A DNA stretch of 61,379 bases, filler included, from Hausera hauseri (lineage: Eukaryota), in the NCBI GenBank assembly GCA_046269625.1. It is 11 parts of 11 records of this genome, joined end to end, with 100 filler letters (N's around TTAATTAATTAA, not from the genome) between each part and the next. Parts side by side here need not be neighbours in the genome. Positions count along the whole stretch, not along the records: positions 33,620 to 40,045 come from JBJURY010101987.1; positions 40,146 to 45,457 come from JBJURY010282284.1; positions 45,558 to 49,912 come from JBJURY010620442.1; positions 50,013 to 56,605 come from JBJURY010082991.1; 7 more parts are not named here. One strand, written 5' to 3'. Positions 38,321 through 52,796 of this stretch are shown one piece after another (position 1 is the first letter of the stretch; the number at the start of each line of letters is the position of its first letter). The notes below the pieces were generated by a model that searched no databases, had not been told where the DNA came from, and was given only the letters and a program-made list of their open reading frames with translations. The position numbers and the translations under genes are program-made.

Positions 38321-38834
38321 GGGCAATGAAAACTATACAGAATTTTAAAATAAAAACTTTATTAACAAGAAAATAAAATCACTATCAACTTACAGTGTCT
38401 TAAAAGGAAAATCGTCTAATCGACTTTATGAATTTCGGCAAAAGTTTGAAATCGCTTCGGCAACTCTTCGATTTGAATTTGTCAGCTTTCTCTCGCAACT
38501 CTATCTTCAGAAACGATACTCAAGAATTGTTTTATAAACTGATTTTCGAATGAGTTTATATAGTCTTATGCTGTGTAGGCGTTCACATTTCGACCGAATT
38601 ATTTTACATTTCTGATTAAATTTTCGCACTTTGATATCCGACAATTCTATTTTAAATTCTAAATAATTCTAAAATTTTGCAGCCATGCTTTACATTATTC
38701 TGGTTATTAATAAGGTTTATTTACAATATTACAACATTTCTTCTCCTTAAATGGAACTCTCGGATGTGCCCATTGCATCAGAATAAGTGCAGCCTTCATT
38801 TGAATGTCTCAAGAGATTTAGCCTTCTTTGAAGA

Positions 38835-39236
38835 TCATTTTCTGATCCTGAATCTCTTGTTAATCTCTGGGGGTTCGCTTCTAGGTAGTAGCTTGTATTT
38901 GGTCGATTTTCTATGACTCTTATTTCCCCCATTCCAGTAATATTTTAGTTGCGTCGCCTCTGCTCGACATACTGGACCGATGGTTTTGCCGTTATCCAGA
39001 GTCCCCTTTTCCAGACAGTCTCGGCAATATCGATGCCGACAGCTTCGGTTGGCTAAAACCACATATCCCTGCTTGAGGTTTGCTTCACTTACTGGATAAG
39101 CTTCCACTTCAGCTTTTTCGTCTAAAACCACATCCGTTACTATCCTGATTTTCTCAAATAATAGACTTGTCCGATCTGGTGTAGGTAACCATATAGTTCT
39201 ATCGCATGGGGTCGATCGAACTCCTTTTCGGATCAT
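38835..39236 (-). pseudogene. Degenerate intronless RING-finger ORF
   Basis: CRHRYCRDCL...GPVCR; the first and seventh Cys positions appear mutated. Confidence 0.5.
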
Positions 39237-42200
39237 TAGCTACTGGATCTAGGGTCCATTCTACCATATCTTGTTTATCTAGATTGGGGATTTTCTTCAT
39301 TTTATACTGCCTTTTAGTTGGACCTTGACGTAAGTATCGATGGGTAGGGTTAATTTCTTGGTTCCAGTTTTGGAACGGAACAGTATGTTTTTTTCCGATT
39401 TTGGATCTTCCTTTGCGTATGCGTTTTCATGAACCTCTTTGTAGTGCCTATCACATCTACGCTAACATTTATAAACTTATTCAATTCACTAAATTTTTAC
39501 CAACTGACATTTTCGGAAGTTGTGAATACTTGATGAATTCAAATGTGTCTACTTCGGTAAACGTAAATTGGAATAGGCGTTTGTTGACAATATTATTTAT
39601 GGCTAATAGAGTGGTTAGGAATTCCTGAATCTTTTAAGTAGTTCCATTTTGACGTTATGTACTTTATTAACTCCTCACTTAGTATCTTTTGCATTTTTAT
39701 CATTAGCCATATGGTATTTAGCTTTATTCAGTGCTAATTTTAAGTTCCGCCAAATACTTTCAATTTCTCCTATGTATTTATCGGTTTGATCCTGACGTTT
39801 TTATAAGTGAAATTTCCGATATCCATGATATAGCTTTTCTTGGTACCAAAATGCATTTAATTTCGACTGAACATTAATTTGATTTAGGTGTTTTGTCCAT
39901 ATGAAAATATTAGAATAATATATCCAGTCTAGTTAGCTGGGACAAATCTTTTAAATACGTTTAGTAGGGGGAAAATACCGCTTCTGGCTCAACCCCCCGG
40001 GGGGGTTGGATCGATAAATCGATTTGCACATGTGCCGATCGATAGNNNNNNNNNNNNNNNNNNNNNNNNNNNNNNNNNNNNNNNNNNNNTTAATTAATTA
40101 ANNNNNNNNNNNNNNNNNNNNNNNNNNNNNNNNNNNNNNNNNNNNTCGTATTAATTCCACTTATTCGAAACACCTCATCACTCCAATTATTATCAAAGTT
40201 CTTGATAAAAGGTGTTGTGCTTTGTTTAACGATTCGAACATAATATTCAAAACACACATGGGCCCACTTGACCCGTAAAATTATGTTATGGAAGGTGTAA
40301 TTCACTATATTTAGTTTTTAAAATTTTTTCAATATATTTTGCTATGTTTCCTGTTGATTTTTGAATGTCACCACATTGTTTCATTTTTAAGTAAATATTC
40401 ATGTAAAAATAATTTTATTTAATAAATAATTTATTTATCTGACTAATGGTATGCATTTGTGAGATGAATTTTGTTCCTAAATTTGCTATAATATTTTAAA
40501 ATTAAATTAAATTATTTTATATTTATTATAGTCCAATTGAATAGATCTCGTCAAGCGGATTCGGAATATATAAAAAATTATGTCTGTCTTATGGACCAAA
40601 AGATATTAAGGTTGAATATTTAAAGGGTGTATTAGTATAATATAAAGTACTGCAAAAACAATAGCACACGTACGTGGATTCTATTGTTCACAGTAATGTT
40701 AAAAAAGCTATGGTGAGCTAGCTGATAACTGCGCTGTTATAGTAACTAATATATTTTATAATAATATTATCATTTTTTTCTCTGTCCTCCAATATTTTTC
40801 TATTCGATTCATAGCATAATGAAAATTCTTTGATATTAAAACAATTGTTGAGACGAACACATATAGAACAAACAAAAGCACAAATGTAATATGTTTATTA
40901 AATTTAAAATAACAACATATATAATAAAAAGGTAAGTAACAACTTTGAAAATTAAAAACGGTATTTATAGTAACATTTGTGAATGATATTCACATTTGTT
41001 ACTATTTATAATTTTTCCTCAATGTAAAGTTGATTAATTATAGCAAAATTACTTTTGAAAAAATTTAATTATAGGTTACTTCTGTAGAGGGTTTTATGTT
41101 TATTAAATAATTTATACAAACTTATTAAAAAATTTATATAATTGTATGTATTTAATTTCTTTGCTTTTTAAAATATCCATATGTTACAGTATATTTTATT
41201 TTAGTGTTTCTTAAAATTTCCCCTAACATTGCATAATTTTTTATTATTCGCTTATTGAAAATTGAAATATTTTTTCAATGTTTTTAATTCCTATTAAGCA
41301 ATTTACATCGCTTTCTAAATCAATGGATATTTATTGAATCGTGTTTTCAATTGAAAAACTTTCCAAAAGTTTGTCTTTAATTACTTTAATTTTAGTTTCG
41401 TTTTTTAATTTAATTTTATTTAAATTCAAAGTTGTATTACTTACTTTTTGCATTTCAGAGATTGAAACTGAAGTTCCGGGCATAATCTTTTCATTATCAG
41501 TTTCCATTAGTTCCACGGTAGAGTCATTGAAATATTTTAATATATCCCTTATAAAACGACATCCTTCGTCGTTTTCTACATATCGTAACAAGTGTTTTAA
41601 ATCTTCCATTCGATGGGAATTATCTATATAGTAAAAATGAGTGTTTTATTTATATTTTGGTTGTCATAGAAATATTGATGTTAATAAAAGACCTATATAT
41701 TAAAACTTTTTTACCCTATGGTTTTCCATTAAACAAAATTTGATGAGAACATTATACTATATATTTATCGAAATCGATAGATTTTATGTTGAGCTTCACA
41801 TTTTTATATAGCAATTATTTTTATTTTTATTAATGAATATAAGTGAAATAAATTTCAAGCATAACAAAAGCTTTTATACGTAATTTATTTTAAATGGTAC
41901 AGAATAAAAAAGTGACTTACTTTACAAAGTAATTTAAAATACTATATATTAGAGTGCATCATAGAATGAAACAAACTATATGATTATTTTATCATCTTTG
42001 TGTTATCGTATGATTTTACACTATTATTCAATATTATATTTTATATATTTTTATTAATTTTAGATATTTGTAAATAGATGTTTCTTGGCATTGCTTTTGT
42101 TTGTTTTTTTTTGTACCAAATGTCTTTTTACCAAACCACTTAATACGTATAATAAGTGCTGTTTGGATTTAAGGAACGCCCATGTTATTTGTTGTTTATG

Positions 42201-44340
42201 GTTTGATTTGGTAACGGTTCACTGTTTATTATATCAGTATAGGTGTTTGTCAAGAATATTTCTACGCAAACAGCAGGCGATTTAAAAGATCGGAATATAA
42301 TCTGAGAATTCATCAATTTTACAACGATTCATTTAATCTACAGAATCGTTCGTTTCTCTACCGAAAATTTACCATTCGACCGGCAATAAACTATTTTCAA
42401 CAAATATTGGAAGTTAGAAATCCATATCCGAACGCTTGTATTGACGTTTGTTGTATCGATAATTTGTTTTAATTGTATTCTGAAAAATTCTGCAAAATCC
42501 TTCCCATGTTGTTGTAGTCTTTTTTGAAATTTTATTTTTGATTATTAATTAGAAAATGCTTAATGAACCTTTTGGTATTTGTGAAATTCAATAGGATATT
42601 CTTATACTATTATGCTCCAGTAACAATGTGCAGTGATGTTGAAGTGACTAAGACTATATAATGGTAATTCTAACAACCCTCACACAATATGATAACCAAT
42701 TGCAGGCGTGTCGAATGAATTTAAATTTAAAGTCAGTGGTTTGGGATTATCTATTTTAATTATATATTTTTATAATTATAATACAACATTTACAAACTGT
42801 ACATTGCATTTTTCATGTTCCTTAAATCAAATTGACTTGAGATTTCACATGAGGTCAACATGTTTGGGTTATGAATACCCTTAGTTATGGTTGTGCTTAC
42901 CTTAGCAATGGAGTACATTCGATAGCGGATGTCACGGACTACAATATATCCAAAAATCATCAAGATCGGATTTTGTTATCCTGAGATATGATCATTTTTC
43001 AGATTTTTGGTCGTTTTTAGGACGGTTTTTTGTCCATAAATTTTAGTCTATAAAATATTTTAATGTGTTCTTTTGCATACATGTAGAGCTTGATGTGGGT
43101 AATTGTTTGACACATTTCAAATTAATTATGTTAAATTAAAGTAATAATATTTTTGAAAAGCTTGATTTTCACCCTATGGTCCCCCTGGCAAAAATTTTAA
43201 TAAAAAATTTATATTCGAATTTGAAACTGATTTTTTGCTATATAGTCATTTCGAGTATGTGGATTCAGAATATCGTGTTTATATTTTGATTGGACAATTG
43301 GAACTGTGCCAAAAATTGAATTAAATGTTTTAATAATTTTTTAATTTTTTTCAATCACTTTTATAAGATAATTTTATAATATTTATACAACATTTACAAA
43401 TTATACATTCAATTCAGATGTATTTATTGTCTGATTTAATTATAATTCGTCCTGTTTCACAAAATTTACAATCTGAATTATTTGAAGCCATTTTTATTGT
43501 ATATTTTTATAATCGAAGTGTTGGGAGTAATTGTATTATGTTTGCAATGGGTTGGATTTTCATTTTTTTTAATTTTTTATGAGTGAGTGGTGATGGGTGG
43601 CGAACGAAAGAAAATTTTTAAAAAAAATTCTGTGACTCTGGCCCATATAAGCCATAATACAACTACTGTGGAACACAATCAGGCGATCGGTCTTTTTTGT
43701 TTTTTTGCTGGGTTTCGCTCTGATACATCAAACTTTTCACGCCTCTCAATACTTTTCACTACCAAACCTTTAAAAACATCTCACTCGTGGTCCTCAGTCA
43801 TGACTAAACTTGAGCTACCTGCTGGTAAATATATTTAATTTTTCTAATATTTAAGGTTAAACTTGAACTTATATATTAACTGTTCATAAAATAGTCATTA
43901 ATTTCACAAATCCTCGAGTTTTGACACTTTAGTACGTTTTCCTCAATTTTTAACATGGCTTTTGATATGTGACTTTAAATTTAAGTAATATTATAATCTG
44001 ATTTTTTGGTACGTAATAGAGCTTATTGATTGTAACAATATAACCCATATATTAAATTTATTGAATAAGAGTAAGTGAATTAAAAATGAAAAAATTCGAT
44101 TTTCACCCTGCGGCCCCCCCGCCAATGAAAATAATTTTGATGAAAAATGTATTCTTGAATTTTGACCTGGATTTTTGATTTATAAACAATGCGAGTATGC
44201 TGATTCCAAATATCGTGGTTATATTTTGATCGCAGTTTTGTACCCCTACAAACCTCATTGGGAATAAATTGCTCCTTTTTTCAACATTACATTTTTACAT
44301 AACAGATACATACCTAAATTGTAATTTGTATCTCTGAATA

Positions 44341-45457
44341 GACCCGCCCGAGGGTCCCGGTCACCCCGGATCTTCAGGTACGTCACATTGCGGCTGACTA
44401 CCCTGCCCAATGTCCGATGTCAGTGGGCATTACGCAACGGCCTTTTACATCACAACATGACCCACTAGGGCCCACACCAAAACTCTCCTTTCTTTTCTTA
44501 AATAACTACCAACTATTCAAACACAGAAGAACATGTTTCATAGACGCATCCTACTTGCACAATTATGTATTACACTTCGCTAATACCTCTGATTTTTATC
44601 TCACTTACAACAACCTACCTGTAATTAATTTCAATTTTTGAAACCTTTCTGTTCCTTCAACCCAATATACCGTTATTCAAGTACACATCCGTGTGCGTGG
44701 TGACATAGATTCTTCATCAACTATTGACACTAATAACAAAACTACCTCTTAACTATCACCTTTTACTTTTCATCAGAAATCAACGATCATCACCACACCA
44801 TCTACTATCACCACTTGTACACCTTCCATTCCGCCAGCCAAAGACGCTTCTCAGTGCACAGAATATTTTATCGATCACGAAAAATCCAGCAAAACCTGGC
44901 TTAGCTTTCACAAACTTTGGCTGCAGTCTAACAACGTTACTGATCCCTCAGCAAAAGCTCGTAGTTCACTTTGCCTCTTACCAAACACAGTAATGACTTC
45001 TCTTCACGATATTTTTGACATCTTTCAACAATCCGACCCGTTCACACATCGCTATAACGCAGTCTTGAAACTTACCAAACCGTCTATGGATTCCATAATC
45101 CATAGATTCTTTAATGATAACGCCATGGGATCACAAAAGCCTTCTGATTTCCTGCGTACGTCGTTGACTCACGTACAAACGCTACGTGTAACTATGCAGC
45201 ATAATTCAAACCTTTTGCGACAATATTTCTTAAACGCGTTGCCTATGCAAATAAGGGCACTGCTTACCATTGTCGAGGAATCTACGGCGTTGGATAAATT
45301 GGCGGAATTGGCTGATACAGCAGATGAAGTGCTACAATCGAATTCTTAACCCATTGTATCAGCAGCAATCACAACAAGCAACAATCAACTCAATACAACA
45401 ATAGAGCAACAGTTGAGCCAATTACGCGCTGAAAATTTAGCACTACAACAGACAATA
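44341..45457 (+). mobile_element. Gypsy (CsRN1-like) copy B: leader, UBL (RVRGD|I), gag
   Basis: FLFLNN...SDFYLTYN...QVHIRVRGDIDSSSTIDT; MGSQKPSDFLR...YFLNALPMQIR...DKLAELAD. Confidence 0.85.
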
Positions 45458-46396
45458 NNNNNNNNNNNNNNNNNNNNNNNNNNNNNNNNNNNNNNNNNNN
45501 NTTAATTAATTAANNNNNNNNNNNNNNNNNNNNNNNNNNNNNNNNNNNNNNNNNNNNATTGATTTTTATTGATTTATAATTTTCCCCATATAAATTTCCC
45601 ATACAATATTGATTATCGATCCTGGGGGGGGGGTGGCGCAGTGTCCTCCCTTCCTCCTACTCACAGAAGAGTGCGGTCATAGAAATTGCACAGGTCTGCC
45701 GTTTGTTAGGTATATACAAATTTATTAAATATAATAAAATTTCCCAACCCTAACACTTCCACAAACTACGAATGATCAAACCAAGCAATAAATTTTAATA
45801 TGCATTACTGTTGCCGATAACGATATACCAATTACAAATTGCTTACCGAAGCATTGAATATTACATCTCTTGGATAATTTGAAGACCCAGAAAAATTATT
45901 ATTATTATTATTCAAGAAAATCTCAAAACATTTCGATAGATAAATTCCAAATATAGCCATCTTATTTAAAACATTTACTAACATACCGTTGTATCAACCA
46001 TTATTTTTTCAGGTTGTTTCTTGATTTTGTTTTCCGGAAAACTAAACAACAGATAATGACGAAAATCGCCTGATTGAACGGTAAATAATAATTGTGTAGA
46101 CGGATTACACTTTATTGAAAATAGTCATTAAATTTGTTATTTAAAAGAATGATAGATATTAATACCTAGTATCATAAATGTCCTGTTTCAGTGGAAATTA
46201 GTAAAATAAAAAAATGAAAAATTTTAAAATCAATAATATTGTGCCATTTGTTTATGCAATTAGAAACCGTATTCGATCAACTACTATTTAATCGTGGTTA
46301 CATAAAATCAGACGTCTCTTAAGATCCTCGATTACAGAATGTAAGATAAAAACCTTTTAGAAAAACATCGGCAGAAACCCATTAAGATTTGGAGTA

Positions 46397-47656
46397 CAGC
46401 TCGCGACAAAATAACTGGCAAAAAGTACATTTGGTAATGATGTTTTCTCCCGAATAAACAATGACTCAGAGACAAAGCCATGGTGTTATTACATTATCTA
46501 CTGTGTGCGCTCCAGGGTATAGATGACAAATGATTACTGATATAAGAAAAATTGCATAATGTAAATTCATTTTTTCGTGTGCAGTGGAGTGCAACAATCG
46601 AGAACGACTTCGCATACTCTATGACGGAGACATGCACAATGCTATGGATTTGCATCAAGTCAAACATTCTTCTGCGTAAAGTATACAACAATATGACCCG
46701 TCTGGAAGCAGAAAGAAGCGCAGGATGACGACCACCATCCCTGGATATGAATGATCGTTGAAGTGTGTCTACTTTTGCTTAAAAGCATCCCTTATGGTCA
46801 GCACAAAACATTGCAAACAAACAGAGAAAGGAGGCCTTTCTGTATCTAGGCGAACCATTCGGCGCCATCTGAAAGCTAATGGCTTTCAAAAGTTGATAAC
46901 AAAACGTGTTCCTAATCTCACGCAACTGCGCAAGGAGAAGCAAGTCCAATTCTGCCAAGAGTATCTGGAGAAAAGCATTGAAATCGTTTTTATCACTGAT
47001 GAATCTGCCTTCTACATCCATCGTTACAAAGCAAAGCAGTAGTCCAAGAGTGGTCGGCTCCGAAAACCAGCTAAAAAGTTTGAATCTGGAGTCCTGGCAT
47101 GAGGAGGAATAAGCTTGCAATGTGAAACACCTCTTCATATCATTCAAGGAACCCTCAACAGTGAAAAATATTGTCAGTTGCTTCAGGAAACTCTTACCGG
47201 TAGATAATGAACATTATCCAGATGGATGGGTGCTGCAGCAAGATGGTGCTAGCTGCCATACCTCAAATATTAAGCAACGATGGCTAAAGGAACAAGGTGT
47301 TCCCATACTGCAATGGCCATCAAATAGCCCCGACCTCTAACCGATTGAAAACATCTGGCAAATCATGAAGGATCGTTTGGAGAATAGAGGGCCGTTCTCT
47401 CATGCCATTTGGAAGGATGAAATTGTAAAGGAATGGTCGTCAATCAGTGATAACTTACGTAGTAATTTAATTACGTCTTTAAAACACGTTTTGAATTGTG
47501 TATTGAGGCTGATGGAGATGTTATAAAATATTAATAAATTACTGTTTTATAGTGTGCCTCGTTCTCTTGCCTTTGCATTTTATCAGATTGGAAAATTTTA
47601 TAAACCATCAGTAATACAATGAAAAATCTGTTTGCCAGTTATTTTGTCGCCAGCTG
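46397..47656 (+). mobile_element. Degenerate Tc1-like transposon (1260 bp), 26-bp TIRs with 1 mismatch, TA flanks
   Basis: CAGCTCGCGACAAAATAACTGGCAAA ... TTTGCCAGTTATTTTGTCGCCAGCTG. Motifs FITDES, LQQDGASCH, WPSNSPDL*PIENIW. Confidence 0.93.
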
Positions 47657-48089
47657 TAAAAATAAACATAATAAGTAAGAGGACAGTATCATCCTCGACC
47701 TATTTTTGAATAAAACAATATCCATTCATATAACGAAAAGGCCACAAAGAAGACGTTTTTTCAGAGCTTCGTTACTTAATTACCAATGTTAGAAAGCCAC
47801 TGTGACGTCACAGTGCGAACGTAAACAATCCTTTTGCTTGTTATAGTTGTAATAATATCATTTATTGATTATTTTTCACATTCAATGAATTTGACGGTAA
47901 GTTCAATGTTTTCTATATAATCTGATATTGAATCAATGCTGCCTCGTAAGCCGTAAAATAGATAACTTTGCCTTTAGTGGCTGTATTTACGATAGGTAAT
48001 TCACCTCTAGTTCTTGTGTTTGTTTTTATTTAAATCCGGAAATTGGCATATGTACCAACTATATCAAGCTGTGTCTGTTCCTGAAGCTA

Positions 48090-48680
48090 ATGACGGGAAA
48101 CTTTGCATAATTTTTCAGTGCGACAATCACAGCAAGGAACAAATTGTGTTGAATCCCAGACTTGATTTATACCAAAAGTTACTACAGACCGTAATGGAAA
48201 TGGTAAGTGAGCGAGGAAAACTATGTAGATATGCATACGCGACTCAAGGAGTATGAAAAACAGACACTGCAAAAAACAAATATTTTGGCATCGCAGCTGC
48301 TACTTAGATGCTACTATCAAGAAACATGCAATGAGCCCGAGATCGTTATGAATATGCAATGTCTACTAATTCCTATCCAGACAAAAGACGTGGACAAAAA
48401 AGATGAATAAAACAGTTGAACCGTAAATTTCTGCCATTCACAAGGTCTAGCACTGGGCCGTTCAACAATAAAGTGTTTCGTTTGCCAAGAAGACAATACT
48501 GAAAAATTGCATAAAGTATCAACACATAACTCTGGACAACGCCTCAGGTAGGCTGTGGATAAATCCAATAACCTTTCGTTCACGACCAGACTTAATATTT
48601 CTATTTCAACCTCTGATGCTCATGCTATTCATGGTAAATAATACAAACACTGTTGTACAGAACATGTCTTCTATGCTGCA
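48090..48680 (+). pseudogene. Decayed ORF resembling uncharacterised large invertebrate DNA-transposon proteins
   Basis: Two repeats of a C(I/F)xCQ...YxxC-type unit, including CFVCQED...DAHAIHGK*YKHC; many stops. Confidence 0.3.
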
Positions 48681-50659
48681 CGACAGCCAAATTACACTAA
48701 CAATTCATCAGAAAAATTTCAATGGATGACATTGAAAACATACACAAGTATGACTGGAAAAGAAGGTTTGAAAGATCACACTCCATCGTTCAACAGGCAG
48801 TGGTTAGAGGACAAGATTCTTAACTAACTATAGCGTATCAAATCAGACCTGAAGAAAAATATAAAGATGCCTCTCCACTAGTTAGTCAATGAGACGAGCG
48901 ACAAACGGCCGACACTTCTTTGACCTTTTCGTAGTGACGAGATGGAACAAATACCAATAAAAGAACATATTTGAATGGGAACACGTTAATTAAGAATCAT
49001 GTTTAAATGAAAAGGACTACAGAAGAAACATATAACTAATCATTTACATATTGAGGAATCGCATCCAAAGTTTTAACCCTGATAGTCTCCAATTATAAAT
49101 GAGTTATGTTCAACTATAATAATTTTAATTATAAAAGCTGCTCTGATTTTATAGCAACCAATCAATACTGATAGAAATATCTCATTTTTATCCCATACCT
49201 CTTAATTCCGTGGCAGGGTGGTATAATCCTGCAAACAGTGAAAAATAAGCCATGAAACAGGGAAGCGATACATTCTGTTACTGGGAGTTCAGCCATACCA
49301 TTCCTATTTCATTCAGCTCTCCTATAATGAATACTAGCTTATTTTGACGCCGAATAACACAATGCATGCCTCCCAATATTCTCAGCCTGTAAATTTTTCT
49401 GGCAAGCCCATACCGACTGCTCTGTTAGGCATACTCGACCGCAATTCTGACAAGTGTAAAAAGCTATTAGTGAATCATTCCCGGTTATTCATTCATGGGA
49501 CATTCGGGAATTATCATTGATTAACATTGGATACCACCGTATCCTGTAGTCACCATGATGCTAGATTGAATCGAGTCTTTGTCTATCGTCTGTTTTTAAT
49601 GATTTATTCAATCAGCGTAAATTATCACACTAGAAAATACGAACCTGCTCTCGTTTGTCATGACTGCAATTAACATCATCTAAACGCATCAGTAAGCAAA
49701 TTATTCTACATTTAAAATATATTTACAAAACAAAACTTAGTACATAAATTCGAACGGCTTTTAGAACATAAAAAATTAATAATTATAGCTTCAATTTAAC
49801 AATCACAAAGGAAAAAAGAATTTATTACCTGAAACTTCTTCCTGCTCACCTAATTGTTCAGCGTGTCGTTCAGCCATATTTTGGATAACTAATATTTCAA
49901 TTAGATAACTTCNNNNNNNNNNNNNNNNNNNNNNNNNNNNNNNNNNNNNNNNNNNNTTAATTAATTAANNNNNNNNNNNNNNNNNNNNNNNNNNNNNNNN
50001 NNNNNNNNNNNNCGAGTCATGTTTGGAATACAAAGAACATTGATGATATTTTCAGATTTCTTGAGAAAACAAAGATCCAACGAATTAACTGAAAGAATCC
50101 GATCCGGGTTGTACTATTGGACAATAATCATAAATTGAAATCACTTCTCCTTCAAGAATTCCTCAAAATCCAAGTCAGCAACACAGAATTTCTATCAGTT
50201 CATCGGTGGACATCACCGAACTTAATTCCGTTTGTCTTCATCAATTTAGAACTGAATCCAATTTATTCGTTGTTATGGCCACATTTTATTGAAGGCATTG
50301 GTATGATTTGGTTACTCCTTAGTGGCGGTGAAGTGGAATATTCCAAACAAATTCTGTCGTTACAAATATTCTGTCGTTAAAATTATACGGTTTAAGAATA
50401 TTGAAATGGTTTAAACTGAAACTGATAATGGCGACAACATCGAATGTGAAGAAAGTAAACCAAAAGATGATTCGATCAAAAATGATTTGATGAATCGAAT
50501 TCAAGATGAATTTTTTTTGAACTAATAAATTTTTCATGCCGACCATTTTGGAGATTTCATTTTTGCTTGCGGACATTTCGATACGTTTTGAACATTTTAA
50601 CTGATCATAGGATTCCCACAGTTCTAGTTTTTCAATTGATTTTTAATTTATGGATATTA

Positions 50660-51690
50660 TTTTTCACAATAATAATTGGTGACAGAAGCACTGCATATTC
50701 CGGACATTTTAAAACACTTACATTGGAACGGAAAACAAAACGATTAAAGGAAAGACTTGTTCGCCATGGTCATTAGAGAAAACTAAAGCCTTATTTGAAC
50801 TGAAAGATTTTCCAGAAAATCATGTTCCAAATACAAGTTACTGTCATAATCCTCATATTATGATGCCTTCACAATTTTGCTTCACAAGATTACATTCTGC
50901 AGAAGCCTGTAACATTCCAATTTGCTCCTCCATAAAACAACTTTGTGTGGGAAATCAATTTTCCACCCACATGGGGAATAATGCCAGTCTTGCACAAGAT
51001 GGATCACTGAATGATAAGTTTATTGAAAACATTTCATGTTCATCAACTCAGACGGGAATATCACAATTTTCGCTTATACAGTATTCGTTGGACGTCTATG
51101 TTACTCATGCAAAATTTCGAATACTTTCACTAAATAATACTGCGAAATTAACGTTTCTCTACAAGGCATATTCCAGTTCGTCATTTAATGAATGCGAAAA
51201 TGTAAAATTATTTGATGGCACCATCATTTTCTTTTGCACATACATCATGGATATAATTAAAGTACAAACATTGGACAATGAATCATCAACACTGGTTATC
51301 AGTTACTTTGAGAGTTATGCAAATTTTAACAAGTCTGACCGTGTTGCAGCCGATAATACTTTCCAAGGATATATAGATCAAATAACCATGAGTAAATATG
51401 GTAATCAATGCGTACCATGGATAAACTTCAAAACGTTTTTATCGGTCGGAACCTCTTTGAATAAATTATATCCGGATAATTATTGCATGTCACTTTTAGA
51501 TCCAATAAGTACATTGTGTATTGTTGAATATTCGAGGTGTTTTTGCCAAGGAATACTGCGTTATGGAGAGGTGTTCAGATAATTCGTTCTCATGCGCATT
51601 AACCGAAATTGTGGTCGATTATGACGGTCGCATCAATGTTGCAGTAACAGGTGAATTTTGTCATAACTGGTATGATCTAATAGATTAGTA
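50660..51690 (+). pseudogene. Multi-kringle-domain protein (degenerate or partly spliced)
   Basis: SYCHNP...FCFT...EACNIPIC; FQG...SKYGNQCVPW...DNYC; DYDGRINVAVTGEFCHNW. Confidence 0.6.
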
Positions 51691-52649
51691 TATTTGGTTC
51701 TGTTGTTTTCTATTAATTCGTGAAAGTATAATTACAAAATGAATAAAGCCACTGAATAAAGTTTTTATTGTGCTTTAAAATTTTATAATTCAAACAATTC
51801 AATCAATTGTCAATTATCAATATTTTTATTATACCATGAATATTATACACACAATATTTATATACACAATATTTATATACAATTTGTTTACATAATAATA
51901 CTCTTCTGCCTCCTAGGAGGGAATATTGAAGAAGTGTGAAATGACGTAAAAAATTATTTGCAACGACATTTTGGAAATTTGTAAATTGAGGAAACATACA
52001 CTGAATCGTCAAGATTGTCATCCAGGAATAATGGATGGTAAAATATTTTTGTTAATGTAGGTCTGCAAATCTAGGACGGATGGATACAAGAACTGATGAT
52101 TTCTGTAATATCTGGAAACTGGCCGCTCAGTGCTTTCGCTCCTTGTTATCAAGCGGTTTCGCTGATCCAAAATCGCCAAACTTAACATTGAGAATACATC
52201 CCGTTGTTTTGCTTTCCAAAATGAGAGTCACAAGTCGGAGATTGCTATCTCCGCTTAAGGTTGAATTTTCAACTTTGAGGAAACGAGCTGCGCCCGCGAC
52301 CGCTGCACCACACTACCCTCATATTCGTGATTTTGGAATAACAATTACTATTCAAAATAGTGTCAACTATTGTAGAAATTTAAATTTTATCTCAAAGGGC
52401 CTTGGTGTTATACAACAGATTATGGTTTTCCAAAAGGGTATTGTGAAGTACCTCTTGTGTATTGGCTTCAACAGGTGCAAAATGTGAGCCAAGTGGATGT
52501 TCAAAGGCTGTCAGTGAAAACAGAGAGTGTACATCTCCAAAAATAAACGAAATGCTTGAATTTAAGGACCTTATATACATAGAGTTAGCAGAAACACAAC
52601 AGATTGAGGCAGTTGAAATAAATGGTCCACCTTCATCGTCATCTACGGC

Positions 52650-52792
52650 TGCAGTTTCTCTTTTTGAAAAAGAATATGTTGATATTAGAATCAAAAGCTC
52701 GAAAAGTCGGGATTACTGCTACCAATTCCCTCTAACTCCTTTGACATTATTTTCTAAAACAAGTTTTGTGCACTGGTATGTTGGATATGGAC
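52650..52792 (+). pseudogene. Scrambled alpha-tubulin C-terminal fragments directly upstream of Gypsy copy C
   Basis: FD/LFSKTSFVHWYVG versus alpha-tubulin FDLMYAKRAFVHWYVG. LFEKEYVDI versus LEKDYEEV is a weaker match. Confidence 0.55.
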
Positions 52793-52796
52793 CTTT

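Noticed and set aside
40146-40305. NNWSDEVFRI resembling a Polinton integrase C-terminus
   Set aside because: Too short, and at a contig edge, to support a call.
41331-41631. Overlapping antisense ORFs of 92 and 96 aa
   Set aside because: Low-complexity AT-rich frames without motifs.
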